A DNA stretch of 64,000 nt. It comes from a virus. Positions within the stretch are counted from its first letter, which is position 1, and every line of letters begins with the position of its first letter. The translations under genes and the position numbers were made by a program. The DNA is taken from positions 5,267-69,266 of IMG/VR virus record IMGVR_UViG_3300028925_012913; one strand, given 5' to 3'. The notes beneath the pieces were generated by a model. That model ran no database searches. It saw only the letters and a program-made list of their open reading frames with translations, and was not told where the DNA came from. This document shows, in pieces, positions 27,720 to 37,517 of the stretch.

Positions 27720-28403
27720 ATGAATTATAGGGATATTATCGTTTTTGACTTTGAGACTGGTTCTCGAAATCCAGACAAAACACAACCAGTGCAAATAGCC
27801 GCAGTGGCCATTCATGGTAGGAAATTAACTATTCAACCAGACGGATATTTTGAAAGTTTAATTCGACCTATCTTAGATGATGACGAAGCTATCGAGATGG
27901 GATTAGATCCTATTGAAGATGAAGCTTTAGCGGTTAATGGCAAGACCAGAAAAGAGTTAGCAAAGGCTCCATCAGAAAGAACTGTCTGGAAGAAGTTCGG
28001 GAATTTTGTAAACAAATACAATTTTAAAGGGACTCCTTACTACGCCCCAATTGCAGCTGGGTACAATATCGTAGGTTTTGACATGCCTATCGTGCAGCGA
28101 ATGTGCGAGCTATACGGCCCAATTGACAAGAAGACTGGTAAACAAACTCTTTTTAATAAAATCCACCGAGTTGACGTTATGGATAATGTCTGGATGTGGA
28201 TGGAGAACAATGCAGATATTAAATCTTTAAGCATGGACTCAATGAGAGACTTGTTTGGTATGAGTAAAGAAAACGCTCATGATGCTTTACAAGATGTTAA
28301 AGATACTGCTAATTTGATGATAGGCTTTATGAAGCTCTATCGACGTGTTGCCCCTAAGGTTCAATTTGAAAAGGCTTTTGCTGATGGAAACATCCACATT
28401 TAA
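27720..28403 (+). CDS. dnaQ: DnaQ-like DEDDh 3'-5' exonuclease
   Basis: VFDFETG (ExoI), GYNIVGFD (ExoII), AHDALQDV (ExoIII). Confidence 0.88.
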   Translation: MNYRDIIVFDFETGSRNPDKTQPVQIAAVAIHGRKLTIQPDGYFESLIRPILDDDEAIEMGLDPIEDEALAVNGKTRKELAKAPSERTVWKKFGNFVNKYNFKGTPYYAPIAAGYNIVGFDMPIVQRMCELYGPIDKKTGKQTLFNKIHRVDVMDNVWMWMENNADIKSLSMDSMRDLFGMSKENAHDALQDVKDTANLMIGFMKLYRRVAPKVQFEKAFADGNIHI

Positions 28404-29976
28404 TCCACTTGAATTAAAGTTTGACGACGAAGTTACTTGGGAATTAATTTGCGTAGGAAGAACTAAGGGTGTCTTTCAACTAGAAAGCAATCTTGGTAGA
28501 TCTTGGGCTAAAAGAGTTCAGCCAAAGAACATTGAAGAGTTGGCTGCCTTAATTTCTATTATTAGGCCGGGAACATTGAAAGCTATTCAAGATGGCAAAT
28601 CAATGACTCAAAGGTTTGTTGATAGAAAAAATGGTTCTGAAGAAATAACTTATTTACATGAATCTCTTGAGCCTATCCTAAAAGGAACTCAAGGCGTTCT
28701 TGTATATCAAGAACAAGCTATGAAAATAGTACAGCAGCTTGCTGGCTTTAACCTTCAAGAAGCAGACGATCTTCGTAAGGCTATTGGTAAGAAGAAAGCA
28801 GACCTTATGGCTAAGGTTAAAAAGAAATTTTTAAAGGGAGCTATTGTAGAAAAGATTGTTAGCGAAGAAGAAGCTGAAGAAATCTTTAGTTGGATTGAAG
28901 CTTCAAGTAGGTATTCGTTTAACAAATCTCACGCTGTGTCTTATGCCATATGTGCTTATTGGAGTGCTTATGCTAAAGCTCACCACCCTCTTGAGTTTTA
29001 TTGTAGTTACTTGAAACATTCAGGAGGCAAGCCAGATCCTCAACAAGAAGTGAGAGAGCTTGTTAATGACGCCAAGAATAATGAAATCTATATTAATCCA
29101 CCTTCTATAAAAGAGATTAATGTAGGTACTGCTATTATTGACGATAGGATTCACTTTGGAGTTACTGATATAAAGTCTGTTGGAATAAAACAGGTTGCAA
29201 AATTTAGAGATGCTATTGTATTTTTAGAACAGTCCTCTGGCAGAGAGCTTTGTGATGCAACTTGGTACGAATTTCTTGTCTTGGCTTCTAACAAGGCAAA
29301 CTCAAGAATGTTAACAGGTCTTATTTCTGTTGGTTTCTTTTCTCATCTTCCGGAATCTCGTCAAAGAATGTTGGACGAGCTAGATACTTGGTCTAACATG
29401 ACTAAAAAAGAGATTGAATGGGCAGAAGACAACTTTGATAGATTTGATAATCTAATATCATTGTTGACAGCAATGGCTCCCACAAAGAAACAGGGTGGTT
29501 CAACTTTTAATTCAAAGCGTTCTCAGATTTTAACAGACTTAGTAAAACATTGTAAAAATCCGTCGTATGCATTAAATGATGATTCAGGCTGGGTTATACG
29601 AACAGAGCAAAACTATCTAGGGGTTGCTTTAACATACTCCAAAGTAGAAACCTATGATACATCGGTTGCTAACACAACTATAAAACAGTTCGTGGAAGGT
29701 AAACGTGGTAACATTAAAATGGCTATAACTGTTAGCGAGGTTAAAAGATACGTTGCTAAAAAAGGAAAAGCTAAAGGTTTAGAAATGGCCTTTCTAAATG
29801 TAGAGGATAATACTGGAACTCTTGATACAGTGACAGTGTTTTCTGACCAATGGAAAAGCTTTAAGAATTTGCTCTACGAAGGAAGCGATGTAATCTTAGT
29901 TGGTCAAGATTCTAAAAAGAAACGATATCAGCTAGACGACGGGTTTATAGTTAATAATGTGATAGAATTAAGTTGA
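28384..29976 (+). CDS. dnaE: DNA polymerase III alpha, C-terminal subunit (fingers, HhH, OB)
   Basis: GVFQLES, IIRPG, VYQEQ, ADDLRKAIGKK, YSFNKSHAVSY, MAFLNVEDNTG; ATG 28384 inside ORF 28345..29976. Confidence 0.93.
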   Translation: METSTFNPLELKFDDEVTWELICVGRTKGVFQLESNLGRSWAKRVQPKNIEELAALISIIRPGTLKAIQDGKSMTQRFVDRKNGSEEITYLHESLEPILKGTQGVLVYQEQAMKIVQQLAGFNLQEADDLRKAIGKKKADLMAKVKKKFLKGAIVEKIVSEEEAEEIFSWIEASSRYSFNKSHAVSYAICAYWSAYAKAHHPLEFYCSYLKHSGGKPDPQQEVRELVNDAKNNEIYINPPSIKEINVGTAIIDDRIHFGVTDIKSVGIKQVAKFRDAIVFLEQSSGRELCDATWYEFLVLASNKANSRMLTGLISVGFFSHLPESRQRMLDELDTWSNMTKKEIEWAEDNFDRFDNLISLLTAMAPTKKQGGSTFNSKRSQILTDLVKHCKNPSYALNDDSGWVIRTEQNYLGVALTYSKVETYDTSVANTTIKQFVEGKRGNIKMAITVSEVKRYVAKKGKAKGLEMAFLNVEDNTGTLDTVTVFSDQWKSFKNLLYEGSDVILVGQDSKKKRYQLDDGFIVNNVIELS

Positions 29977-30001
29977 CATAAATCATTGAATAAGCTATAA
30001 A
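29973..30001 (+). promoter_or_regulatory. Sigma-70 consensus promoter upstream of ssb
   Basis: TTGACA (29973-29978), 17 bp spacer, TATAAA (29996-30001). Confidence 0.75.
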
Positions 30002-30037
30002 TTATTAATAATACTTCATTTTGATTACGGGATAATT

Positions 30038-30394
30038 ATGAACACTATTTCAAATTACTGTAGATTTATTGGAAGATTAGTAGCAGATCCTAAAGTTGTA
30101 GAGTTTGAGAATACCAAGCTATGCACTTTTACACTCGCCATCAATGAATACCGAAAAGAAAAAAATGGCGAAAAAAAGAAGACAGTCAACTACTTTGACT
30201 TTGAAGCTTGGGATTCTGGCGGAGAAACCATTGAGCGTTATTGTCTTAAAGGCGATATTATTGACTTAGTAGCTTCTGCTAGAAACAACTCTTGGGTTGA
30301 TAAAAACGGAAACAAAAGACACTCTACAAAGTTTAGGGTAAAAGAATTTAAACTATTCAACTCATATGAAAACCAAAAACAAGAATCTAAATAA
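30038..30394 (+). CDS. ssb: Single-stranded DNA-binding protein
   Basis: FIGRLVADP, FTLAIN, FDFEAW, KGD, SWVDKNGNKR; lacks the acidic C-terminal tail. Confidence 0.9.
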   Translation: MNTISNYCRFIGRLVADPKVVEFENTKLCTFTLAINEYRKEKNGEKKKTVNYFDFEAWDSGGETIERYCLKGDIIDLVASARNNSWVDKNGNKRHSTKFRVKEFKLFNSYENQKQESK

Positions 30395-30860
30395 AAGCAC
30401 TTTCAGAACTCAAGAAGAGCTTGAAGAAGAACTCGTTCATAAACATTATGGACTTGTCGTTTTTCAGGCTCTTTCTTTTTTAGAAAGTTCTCACTTTGAC
30501 GATTACATTCAAGCTGGATTAATTGGATTGCTGAAAGCTATTAGAGGACATGATGAATCTAAATCTAAGTTCAGTACATTTGCTACAGTATGTATAAGAA
30601 ACTCTATATCAAAGCTTAGAAGCAAGATAAAGAAAAATGAACAAAGACTAGTTGCTCAAGTAGATCGTTTATACAGTACACAAGATAACATACTTGATTG
30701 CTTGCCTGAATATCTTTCCGAAGAAGACTTATTTATAATAAAATTAAAGATACAAAACTACACCAATAGCGAAATTGCTAGCTATACATCTTCTAGTAAA
30801 GAAGAAGTAAAAGTCAAAACAAGGGCAATAATAAAATTGTTAAAAGAAGTAAACAAATGA
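30366..30860 (+). CDS. Second sigma-70 family factor
   Basis: DDYIQAGLIGLLKAIRGHDESKSKFSTFATVCIRN (region 2); YTNSEIA region 4-like. Confidence 0.8.
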   Translation: MKTKNKNLNKSTFRTQEELEEELVHKHYGLVVFQALSFLESSHFDDYIQAGLIGLLKAIRGHDESKSKFSTFATVCIRNSISKLRSKIKKNEQRLVAQVDRLYSTQDNILDCLPEYLSEEDLFIIKLKIQNYTNSEIASYTSSSKEEVKVKTRAIIKLLKEVNK

Positions 30861-32476
30861 AAAAGAGAATCCTATTTTGCGGAGAAGCTACATATTTAAA
30901 TACGGGATATGCTACATATCTTCGAGAAGTCATGAAGAGGTTGTATGCTACTGGAAAATATGAACTTGCAGAATTTGCTAGTTATGGTCGAGATGAAGAA
31001 GCTAAGAAGCATGGTATACCATGGACTTTTTATGGAAACATGCCTGATGAAGAAGAGCAAGAAAAGTACGATGAAATTCCCACAAATCAATTCGGAGAGT
31101 GGAGATTTGAATCCGTAGTATTAAATTTCCAACCAGATATCGTGTGTGACATACGGGATTTCTGGATGTTTGAGTATCAAGAGAGGTCTCCTTTTCGTCC
31201 ATACTTCCATTGGGTTTTAATGCCAACCGTAGACGCTGCTCCCCAAAATGAACAATGGATATCTACTTTTTCTAATGCTGATGCCGTATTTAATTATTCG
31301 GACTGGGGACACGATGTATTAGAAAAAGAGTCTAGAGGGACAATCAACTGTTTAGGTAGCGCTCCTCCTTCTGCTGATGAAGCTTACAAACCAGTAGAAG
31401 ACAAGAACAAACACAAAGAAGAGATGGGTTTTAGTGCAGAGACTAAGTTTGTTGGGACTGTAATGAGAAACCAAAGAAGAAAACTCTTTCCAGACCTCTT
31501 TGAGATGTTTAGCAAGTTCTTAGAAACATCAGGAAGAACTGATGTTTATTTATATTGCCATACTAGCTATCCAGACTTGGGTTGGGATATACCAAAACTC
31601 TTAAACAAAAATAAGATTGCTAGTAAGGTATTGTTTACCTATTCATGTGTTAAATGTGAACATGCTTTTCCAGCCTTCTTTTCTGACGCTAGAAGTAAGT
31701 GCCCTAAGTGTGGAAGTTTTTCTGCTGGGTTATCAAATGTTCAAAAGGGAGTGTCGTATGAATACCTGTCAAAGATAATGAATCTATTTGACTTGTATAT
31801 TCAGTATTCCAATAGTGAAGGTTTTGGATTGCCTCAAGTAGAAGCCGCTGCTTGTGGAGTTCCTGTCATGAGTACAGACTACTCTGCAATGAGCAGCGTG
31901 GTAAGAAAGCTAGGAGGAACACCACTAAAACCAAAAGCTTTATACAACGAATTAGAAACAGGTTGTAATAGAGCAGTTCCTGACAATAACGACGCTGCTA
32001 AAAAAATAAAAGAGTTCTTTGAAAATTCTGATGAGCAAAGTGAAACATTATCAAGAAATACAAGGCTTAACTTTGAAAAGTATTACCAGTGGGACAAAAC
32101 TGCTAAAAAATGGGAAGATCATTTTGACTCCGTAGAAGTAGTTCCCGGAAAATGGATGTCTCCACCAAGAGTTCATACTCCCGTAAGAAATGAACAAAAA
32201 GAGATATCTAACTCTGAGTATGCTAAATGGTTAATCGTTAATGTTCTCGGTGAGCCAGATAAGTTAAACAGTTATTTTGAATCACGTTTAGTGCGAGATT
32301 TAAACTATGGAATGTTTATAAATGGCGCTGGAGAAATGTATCTAAACGAGGACTCATACAAGTTTGCAAAGCCTGTATATGAGCCTTTTGACAGAGATAA
32401 AGCGTATAATATGATGTCCAATCTTTGTCATCGCAGAAATCATTGGGAATCCGCAAGAAAAGAATTCATCAAATGA
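30857..32476 (+). CDS. GT4-like glycosyltransferase with internal zinc-ribbon insertion
   Basis: TGYA, RNQRRK, SEGFGLPQVEAAACGVP; CVKC...CPKC insert. Confidence 0.88.
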   Translation: MKKRILFCGEATYLNTGYATYLREVMKRLYATGKYELAEFASYGRDEEAKKHGIPWTFYGNMPDEEEQEKYDEIPTNQFGEWRFESVVLNFQPDIVCDIRDFWMFEYQERSPFRPYFHWVLMPTVDAAPQNEQWISTFSNADAVFNYSDWGHDVLEKESRGTINCLGSAPPSADEAYKPVEDKNKHKEEMGFSAETKFVGTVMRNQRRKLFPDLFEMFSKFLETSGRTDVYLYCHTSYPDLGWDIPKLLNKNKIASKVLFTYSCVKCEHAFPAFFSDARSKCPKCGSFSAGLSNVQKGVSYEYLSKIMNLFDLYIQYSNSEGFGLPQVEAAACGVPVMSTDYSAMSSVVRKLGGTPLKPKALYNELETGCNRAVPDNNDAAKKIKEFFENSDEQSETLSRNTRLNFEKYYQWDKTAKKWEDHFDSVEVVPGKWMSPPRVHTPVRNEQKEISNSEYAKWLIVNVLGEPDKLNSYFESRLVRDLNYGMFINGAGEMYLNEDSYKFAKPVYEPFDRDKAYNMMSNLCHRRNHWESARKEFIK

Positions 32477-33588
32477 AAGTCTTATACATAGGTTGTTATA
32501 GAGATGGCACAGGTTGGGGAAATGCCGCAATTGATTATATATTGTCTCTAGATGCTGCTGGAATTGACGTAGTTCCACGCCCCTTAAAGCTGAACGCAGT
32601 AACCGACACGAAACTTCCTAGTAGATTGCTTGAGCTGGAAGGTAAAGATAGTTCATCTTGCGATGTATGTATTCAGCATACCCTTCCACATCTAATGGAA
32701 TATAGTTCATCTTTTAAAAAGAACATTGCTCTCTATGCCACAGAGACTAACAACTTTATAGATTCGGACTGGTCTAGAAAAATTAACATGATGGACGAGG
32801 CTTGGGTTATTAATAACCAAATGGTAAGATCCTCAGAAGATAGCGGAGTGACTATTCCTATTAAAGTAGTACCGCATGCCTGTGACTTCTCTAAATTTGA
32901 AAGAGGACATAAAAAGATAGACTTTCCTAGCGCAAAAGAAAACTTTATCTTCTACACAATTGCAGACTGGAATAAACGGAAGAACCTAGAGGCCTTCATC
33001 AAGGCTTTTCACGCAGAGTTCGACCCCTCAGAAAATGTCTCTATTTTAATAAAAACAGGAAGGCATAACACCAGTCCAGAAGATTTAGCTCTGGAGGTCA
33101 GAGATTTATGCAACTCAGTTAAGGTTGGACTAAAAAGATTTCCAAATGTAGATGACTATAGAGAAGATTTGATAATAACAAATACTTTAGAAGAGGAAAA
33201 CATTTACCAGCTTCATAATAGTTGTGATTGTTTTGTCATGCCTAGTTATGGAGAAGCTTGGTGTATACCAGCTTTTGATGCAATGGGTTTTGGTAAAACT
33301 CCTATATGCACAAACATTGGAGGAATGTCTGACTTTATTGGACAAGGTGGATTCTTGGTAGAAGGAGTAATGGAACCTGTTTATGGAATGACAGAAACAT
33401 TTACTAATCTGTTCACTGGAAATGAGAACTGGTGCTCTGTTAGCGTCCAAGGGTTAAGAGAAGTAATGCGTCATGTTTACGAAAATAATGAAGCTTTAAA
33501 AAATATGAAGAGAAAAGGTTTAGAACAAGCCTATGAATATTCTCATCAAAACATTGGAGAGTTAATGAAGGGACTACTTAATGATTAA
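32473..33588 (+). CDS. GT4-like glycosyltransferase
   Basis: TGWGNAA, RKNLEAFIKAF, PSYGEAWCIPAFDAMGFGK. Confidence 0.88.
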   Translation: MKVLYIGCYRDGTGWGNAAIDYILSLDAAGIDVVPRPLKLNAVTDTKLPSRLLELEGKDSSSCDVCIQHTLPHLMEYSSSFKKNIALYATETNNFIDSDWSRKINMMDEAWVINNQMVRSSEDSGVTIPIKVVPHACDFSKFERGHKKIDFPSAKENFIFYTIADWNKRKNLEAFIKAFHAEFDPSENVSILIKTGRHNTSPEDLALEVRDLCNSVKVGLKRFPNVDDYREDLIITNTLEEENIYQLHNSCDCFVMPSYGEAWCIPAFDAMGFGKTPICTNIGGMSDFIGQGGFLVEGVMEPVYGMTETFTNLFTGNENWCSVSVQGLREVMRHVYENNEALKNMKRKGLEQAYEYSHQNIGELMKGLLND

Positions 33589-34594
33589 CCCTGTATCTAG
33601 TATCATAAGAGCCTCTACAAGAGAACCAAATGAGAAGTTAAACATATTGACTTTTCCTACTCATGAACGATACGAAAGCATGTTGGCAAAAACCGGACAT
33701 AGTTTCTATTCGTACAGAGCAGAAGGTATAAAAGACTGGAATGAAACATACGCTAAACTTCCAGATAATTATCATCTTCTAAATCCCGAACTTGGAAATG
33801 AACAAATACCAAGTCATGTAGATTTTGATTTAGTCCTATCTCAGAATAAGTTTGGACAATTTCAAAAAGCTCTTGAGCTGTCTAAGTTGATGCATCTTCC
33901 TTTGGTAAGCTTGGAACATACTCTTCCAGTGCCTCAATGGGACGGAAACATACTAGATCAAGTCAGAAACATGAGAGGGGATTTAAATCTTTTCATATCT
34001 GGACACAGTATTGGCGAATGGGGATGGGAAGAACAAGATGACACCCAAGTGATTAATCATGGTATTGATACTGACTTATTTTGTTCGCATGATGGAGAAA
34101 GAGGAGATGAAATCCTTTCAGTGGTAAACGATTGGATTAATCGTGATTGGTGTTGTGGGTTTAGCATTTGGCAAGACGTTATTCAAGGACTGCCTTATAA
34201 GGTATTAGGAGATACTCCGGGACTTTCTGAACCCGCAGCTTCAACCGCAGATCTTGTATCTGCCTATCAAAACAGCTCAATCTTTCTCAATACTTCCACG
34301 GTGTCTCCAGTGCCAACAGTACTTATGGAAGCAATGGCCTGTGGGTGTGCAGTTGTGTCAACAGAAAACTGTATGATACCTGAAGTCATTGAGCATGGGG
34401 TTAATGGCTTCATGACTAACGACCCTAACGTAATGAAACAATACCTTGTTGATTTATTAAATGATAAAGGCATGGCTAAAGAGATTGGCGACAATGCCAG
34501 ACAAACAATATTAGACAGGTATTCTACTAAACAGTTTGTAGATAGATGGCAAGAAGTATTATACAGTGCGGCTAATATAACATTTAAGGGATAA
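33581..34594 (+). CDS. GT4-like glycosyltransferase
   Basis: INHGIDTDLF, PTVLMEAMACGCAVVST, EHGVNGF. Confidence 0.88.
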   Translation: MINPVSSIIRASTREPNEKLNILTFPTHERYESMLAKTGHSFYSYRAEGIKDWNETYAKLPDNYHLLNPELGNEQIPSHVDFDLVLSQNKFGQFQKALELSKLMHLPLVSLEHTLPVPQWDGNILDQVRNMRGDLNLFISGHSIGEWGWEEQDDTQVINHGIDTDLFCSHDGERGDEILSVVNDWINRDWCCGFSIWQDVIQGLPYKVLGDTPGLSEPAASTADLVSAYQNSSIFLNTSTVSPVPTVLMEAMACGCAVVSTENCMIPEVIEHGVNGFMTNDPNVMKQYLVDLLNDKGMAKEIGDNARQTILDRYSTKQFVDRWQEVLYSAANITFKG

Positions 34595-34595
34595 T

Positions 34596-35060
34596 ATGAA
34601 GATAAGAGTAACCGTTGGAGAAGCAAATAAGCTTAATGGGTATATTAACGTAGATCCAGTTTCTAAATTTGATGACCTGTCTACAGACATTCGTAATTTA
34701 GATGAAATTGCCGCAGATGCGGAATGTACAGAGATTATATCGGAAGGTGTTATAGATTTCTTAGAGAAGAGCGATGTAGCAAAGGCTCTTATTAACTGGA
34801 CAAAAAAAATAAGGCACGGCGGTAAGATAGTAGTAACATCAATAGATGCTCGTGAAGTTTCAAAAGCTTTCTATCGAAATCAAATGACTGCTGATGAGTT
34901 TAACCGACTTATTCATGGCGGATTTTCAGGAGCTTGGGATGTTCACCTTAGCCATACTACGGCAGAAGAACTGTCTAGTTTTTTTGAGGATCAGGGATTC
35001 AAGGTAACAAAAAAGAGAATTAACAATTTTAAACTATTAGTAGAGGCTTGCAGACCATGA
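34596..35060 (+). CDS. SAM-dependent methyltransferase-like protein
   Basis: GYINVD, DIRNL, KIRHGGKIVV pattern of small class I MTases in glycan loci; motif I degenerate. Confidence 0.55.
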   Translation: MKIRVTVGEANKLNGYINVDPVSKFDDLSTDIRNLDEIAADAECTEIISEGVIDFLEKSDVAKALINWTKKIRHGGKIVVTSIDAREVSKAFYRNQMTADEFNRLIHGGFSGAWDVHLSHTTAEELSSFFEDQGFKVTKKRINNFKLLVEACRP

Positions 35061-35884
35061 CCGCAGAAATTATAGACGATTCTTTTGAAGAAGTGGAAGT
35101 AGAAGATAGGATGAAGTCTATAACTACTTCTTGTAAGAAGTGTGTGTTTTCTATAAAAGAAGGAAAAACACAAGTAGGATGCGAACTTGGTAAGATTGAC
35201 ACACTCATTGCACAAGGTGTAAATATTATTGAAGCAGAAGACTTAGAAGAAAATGAATTCTATGTCTTAGAGCACGGATGTCGAACATACAGAGAAGAAA
35301 TTTGGAAAACGGCAAATAAAGGTAAAGATTTAAAAGAGGTTTTAGAAAAAGAAATTTATCCTAGAATGACTTTTATCGTTTTGGTACGAGATGATTTAGA
35401 CGGAATAGAGACGACTATAAGCTCGATCCTAAATCAAGAAAGATTTCAACCTAAACGAATATTAATAGTGAATACTAAAGGAAAAGGTTATATAGACTTG
35501 ATTGAAAAATCTAAGTCTTTATTAGAAGATGGCGAAATTTCTTATAAAGTTCAAAATATTCTTGACGAATTAACAGACGATGAAATTTTAGACAAAACGT
35601 TTTGTAATATCAGCGGTGGTTTTTATAGTGTATTTGAATCTGGAAAAGAAGTACCCATTGACCTAATAAAAACATTGAACCAAGTATTATCCTATAAGGT
35701 TGAAAAAGCCGGATATATAAAAGGGTTTGATGGAATCAACGGTCTTACTGTTCAGTCGATACTTCATAAATTCTTATACGGAAATAGAGGCGCTAGCCTA
35801 GAAAAGAAGATTCGAGAAGGTGAAGAATTTGACGAGGTCGAATCAACAAATTCCTTAATAAGAACTTGGGACGAATTAAGATGA
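35057..35884 (+). CDS. Cys-motif N-terminus plus degenerate GT2-like domain
   Basis: SCKKCVF..QVGCELG..CRTYR; TISSILNQ. Confidence 0.5.
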   Translation: MTAEIIDDSFEEVEVEDRMKSITTSCKKCVFSIKEGKTQVGCELGKIDTLIAQGVNIIEAEDLEENEFYVLEHGCRTYREEIWKTANKGKDLKEVLEKEIYPRMTFIVLVRDDLDGIETTISSILNQERFQPKRILIVNTKGKGYIDLIEKSKSLLEDGEISYKVQNILDELTDDEILDKTFCNISGGFYSVFESGKEVPIDLIKTLNQVLSYKVEKAGYIKGFDGINGLTVQSILHKFLYGNRGASLEKKIREGEEFDEVESTNSLIRTWDELR

Positions 35885-36669
35885 CACTTTCCACAGTCAC
35901 TATATTAATAGCCAATTATAATGACGAAAATTATATTGGTAAAGCTATAAAAAGCGCTATCAACCAAGACTATCCCGGAAAACTCAATATCTGTATTGTA
36001 GACGATGGGTCTACTGATGGATCTTGGAAGGTAATTCAGTCCTATTTGAAAAATTCGAAGAGGGATGAATCACACGACCTAGAGGTTTATAAAACAAACA
36101 ACATAGGAAAGTATGGTAATACTAATATTATAGCTATTAAATCTCCTAACGGAGGACCAAGTAGCGCCAGAAACACTGGAATAGAATATACTATTGGCTT
36201 TACTGACATATATGCCATCTTAGATTCTGATGATGAAATGTATGAAGATAAAGTGTCGTCATGTTTAGAAGTTTTTTCTCGTGGTGAAGGGATGATTGGG
36301 GTTGTTTATGGAGACTATGATACCCTTCATGCTAATACAGGAAAGATTATTAGGGAATATAAAGAACCTTACAACAGAAAACGTTTAGTTCAAGAATGCA
36401 TAGTTCATAGCGGGTCTTTGATTTCGAAACAGGCCTTAGAAGCAGTGTTAGAAGAAACGGGTTTTTATGATGCTACCATGAGAACATGTGAAGATTACGA
36501 TCTGTGGATGAGAATTAGCGAAAAGTTTATAATATCGCATGTTCCAAGATCTTTAACAAAGGTAAGGGTGACAGGAGACAATTCATCTTTTATTGTTAAC
36601 CAAGAGACATGGCAGAATAATTGGGTGAGGGTTATGGAAAAAAGACAACAGAGGATGCATGCCCAATAG
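35881..36669 (+). CDS. GT2-family glycosyltransferase
   Basis: ANYN, VDDGSTDGS, GPSSARN, LDSDD, EDYDLWMR. Confidence 0.92.
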   Translation: MTLSTVTILIANYNDENYIGKAIKSAINQDYPGKLNICIVDDGSTDGSWKVIQSYLKNSKRDESHDLEVYKTNNIGKYGNTNIIAIKSPNGGPSSARNTGIEYTIGFTDIYAILDSDDEMYEDKVSSCLEVFSRGEGMIGVVYGDYDTLHANTGKIIREYKEPYNRKRLVQECIVHSGSLISKQALEAVLEETGFYDATMRTCEDYDLWMRISEKFIISHVPRSLTKVRVTGDNSSFIVNQETWQNNWVRVMEKRQQRMHAQ

Positions 36670-37366
36670 ATTCACAACCTCAATAAAAAAAGAGGGAGCA
36701 GGAAGAGAAGAAGGCTCACCCCTAACCGTTATTATCCCCGCTGCGGGAATGGGTCATAGAATGAAATCTTATGGCCCTAAATGCTTGCTGCAAGCAAACC
36801 AAAAAGAAACAATATTAGAAAAAACCGTTATAAATATTAAACGTGAGTATCCTTATGCGGATATAATTGTTGTAGTAGGTTTTGAGTCAACAAAGGTTAT
36901 AAATTCACTTCCTCATTATGTAAGGATTGTAGAAAATACAAACTTTGAAAAAACTAGCGTTGTTGAAAGCATAAGACTAGGAATAAATGCCTCTGCTACT
37001 AGAAACCTATTGTTAATATATGGGGACTTAATATTTAATGTTTATTCAATAAGAAACCTAACTTCTTCTGGCCCCTGCGCTGTGATTGATTCCAAATCAA
37101 GATTCAAAGAAGAAGAAGTAGGAGTAACGGTAGTGGACGATTTAATCACTATGTTTGCTTATGGACTTCCTAATAAATGGTCACAGATAATATATTTTGA
37201 GAATGAGTCCTTTGATATGTTAAAAGATCTCTGTTCAGACAAAAGAAAAAACAAACTTTATCCTTTTGAGTTATTTAATATTATTATAGAAAACGGAATT
37301 GATATAGAAGCTAAAGAGCCAAAAGGCATGATTATAAAAGAAATAGATTCATTAAAGGATTTATGA
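36659..37366 (+). CDS. Sugar-phosphate/phosphocholine nucleotidyltransferase (NTP_transferase/LicC-like)
   Basis: IIPAAGMGHRMKSYGPKCLL, YGDL, EID. Confidence 0.82.
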   Translation: MPNRFTTSIKKEGAGREEGSPLTVIIPAAGMGHRMKSYGPKCLLQANQKETILEKTVINIKREYPYADIIVVVGFESTKVINSLPHYVRIVENTNFEKTSVVESIRLGINASATRNLLLIYGDLIFNVYSIRNLTSSGPCAVIDSKSRFKEEEVGVTVVDDLITMFAYGLPNKWSQIIYFENESFDMLKDLCSDKRKNKLYPFELFNIIIENGIDIEAKEPKGMIIKEIDSLKDL

Positions 37367-37367
37367 T

Positions 37368-37517
37368 ATGAAAGAATTTTGGGGTTATATTAATACAAAC
37401 GGAATATGGTACGCTTGGTATTTTGTAGACAAAATGCCGGAAAAGAAACTAGGCCCGTTTAAAACAAACACAGAGGCTAGACAGGCAGTAAAACATTATG
37501 AAGATTCTAATAAGTAG
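37368..37517 (+). CDS. 49-aa hypothetical protein (not in ORF track)
   Basis: MKEFWGYINTNGIWYAWYFVDKMPEKKLGPFKTNTEARQAVKHYEDSNK*; fills the gap between neighbouring genes. Confidence 0.55.
   Translation: MKEFWGYINTNGIWYAWYFVDKMPEKKLGPFKTNTEARQAVKHYEDSNK

Noticed and set aside
27400-28450. Split intein or self-splicing intron joining the dnaE halves
   Set aside because: No intein terminal motifs; the gap is fully occupied by two ORFs, one a proofreading exonuclease, with no room for evident intron core structure
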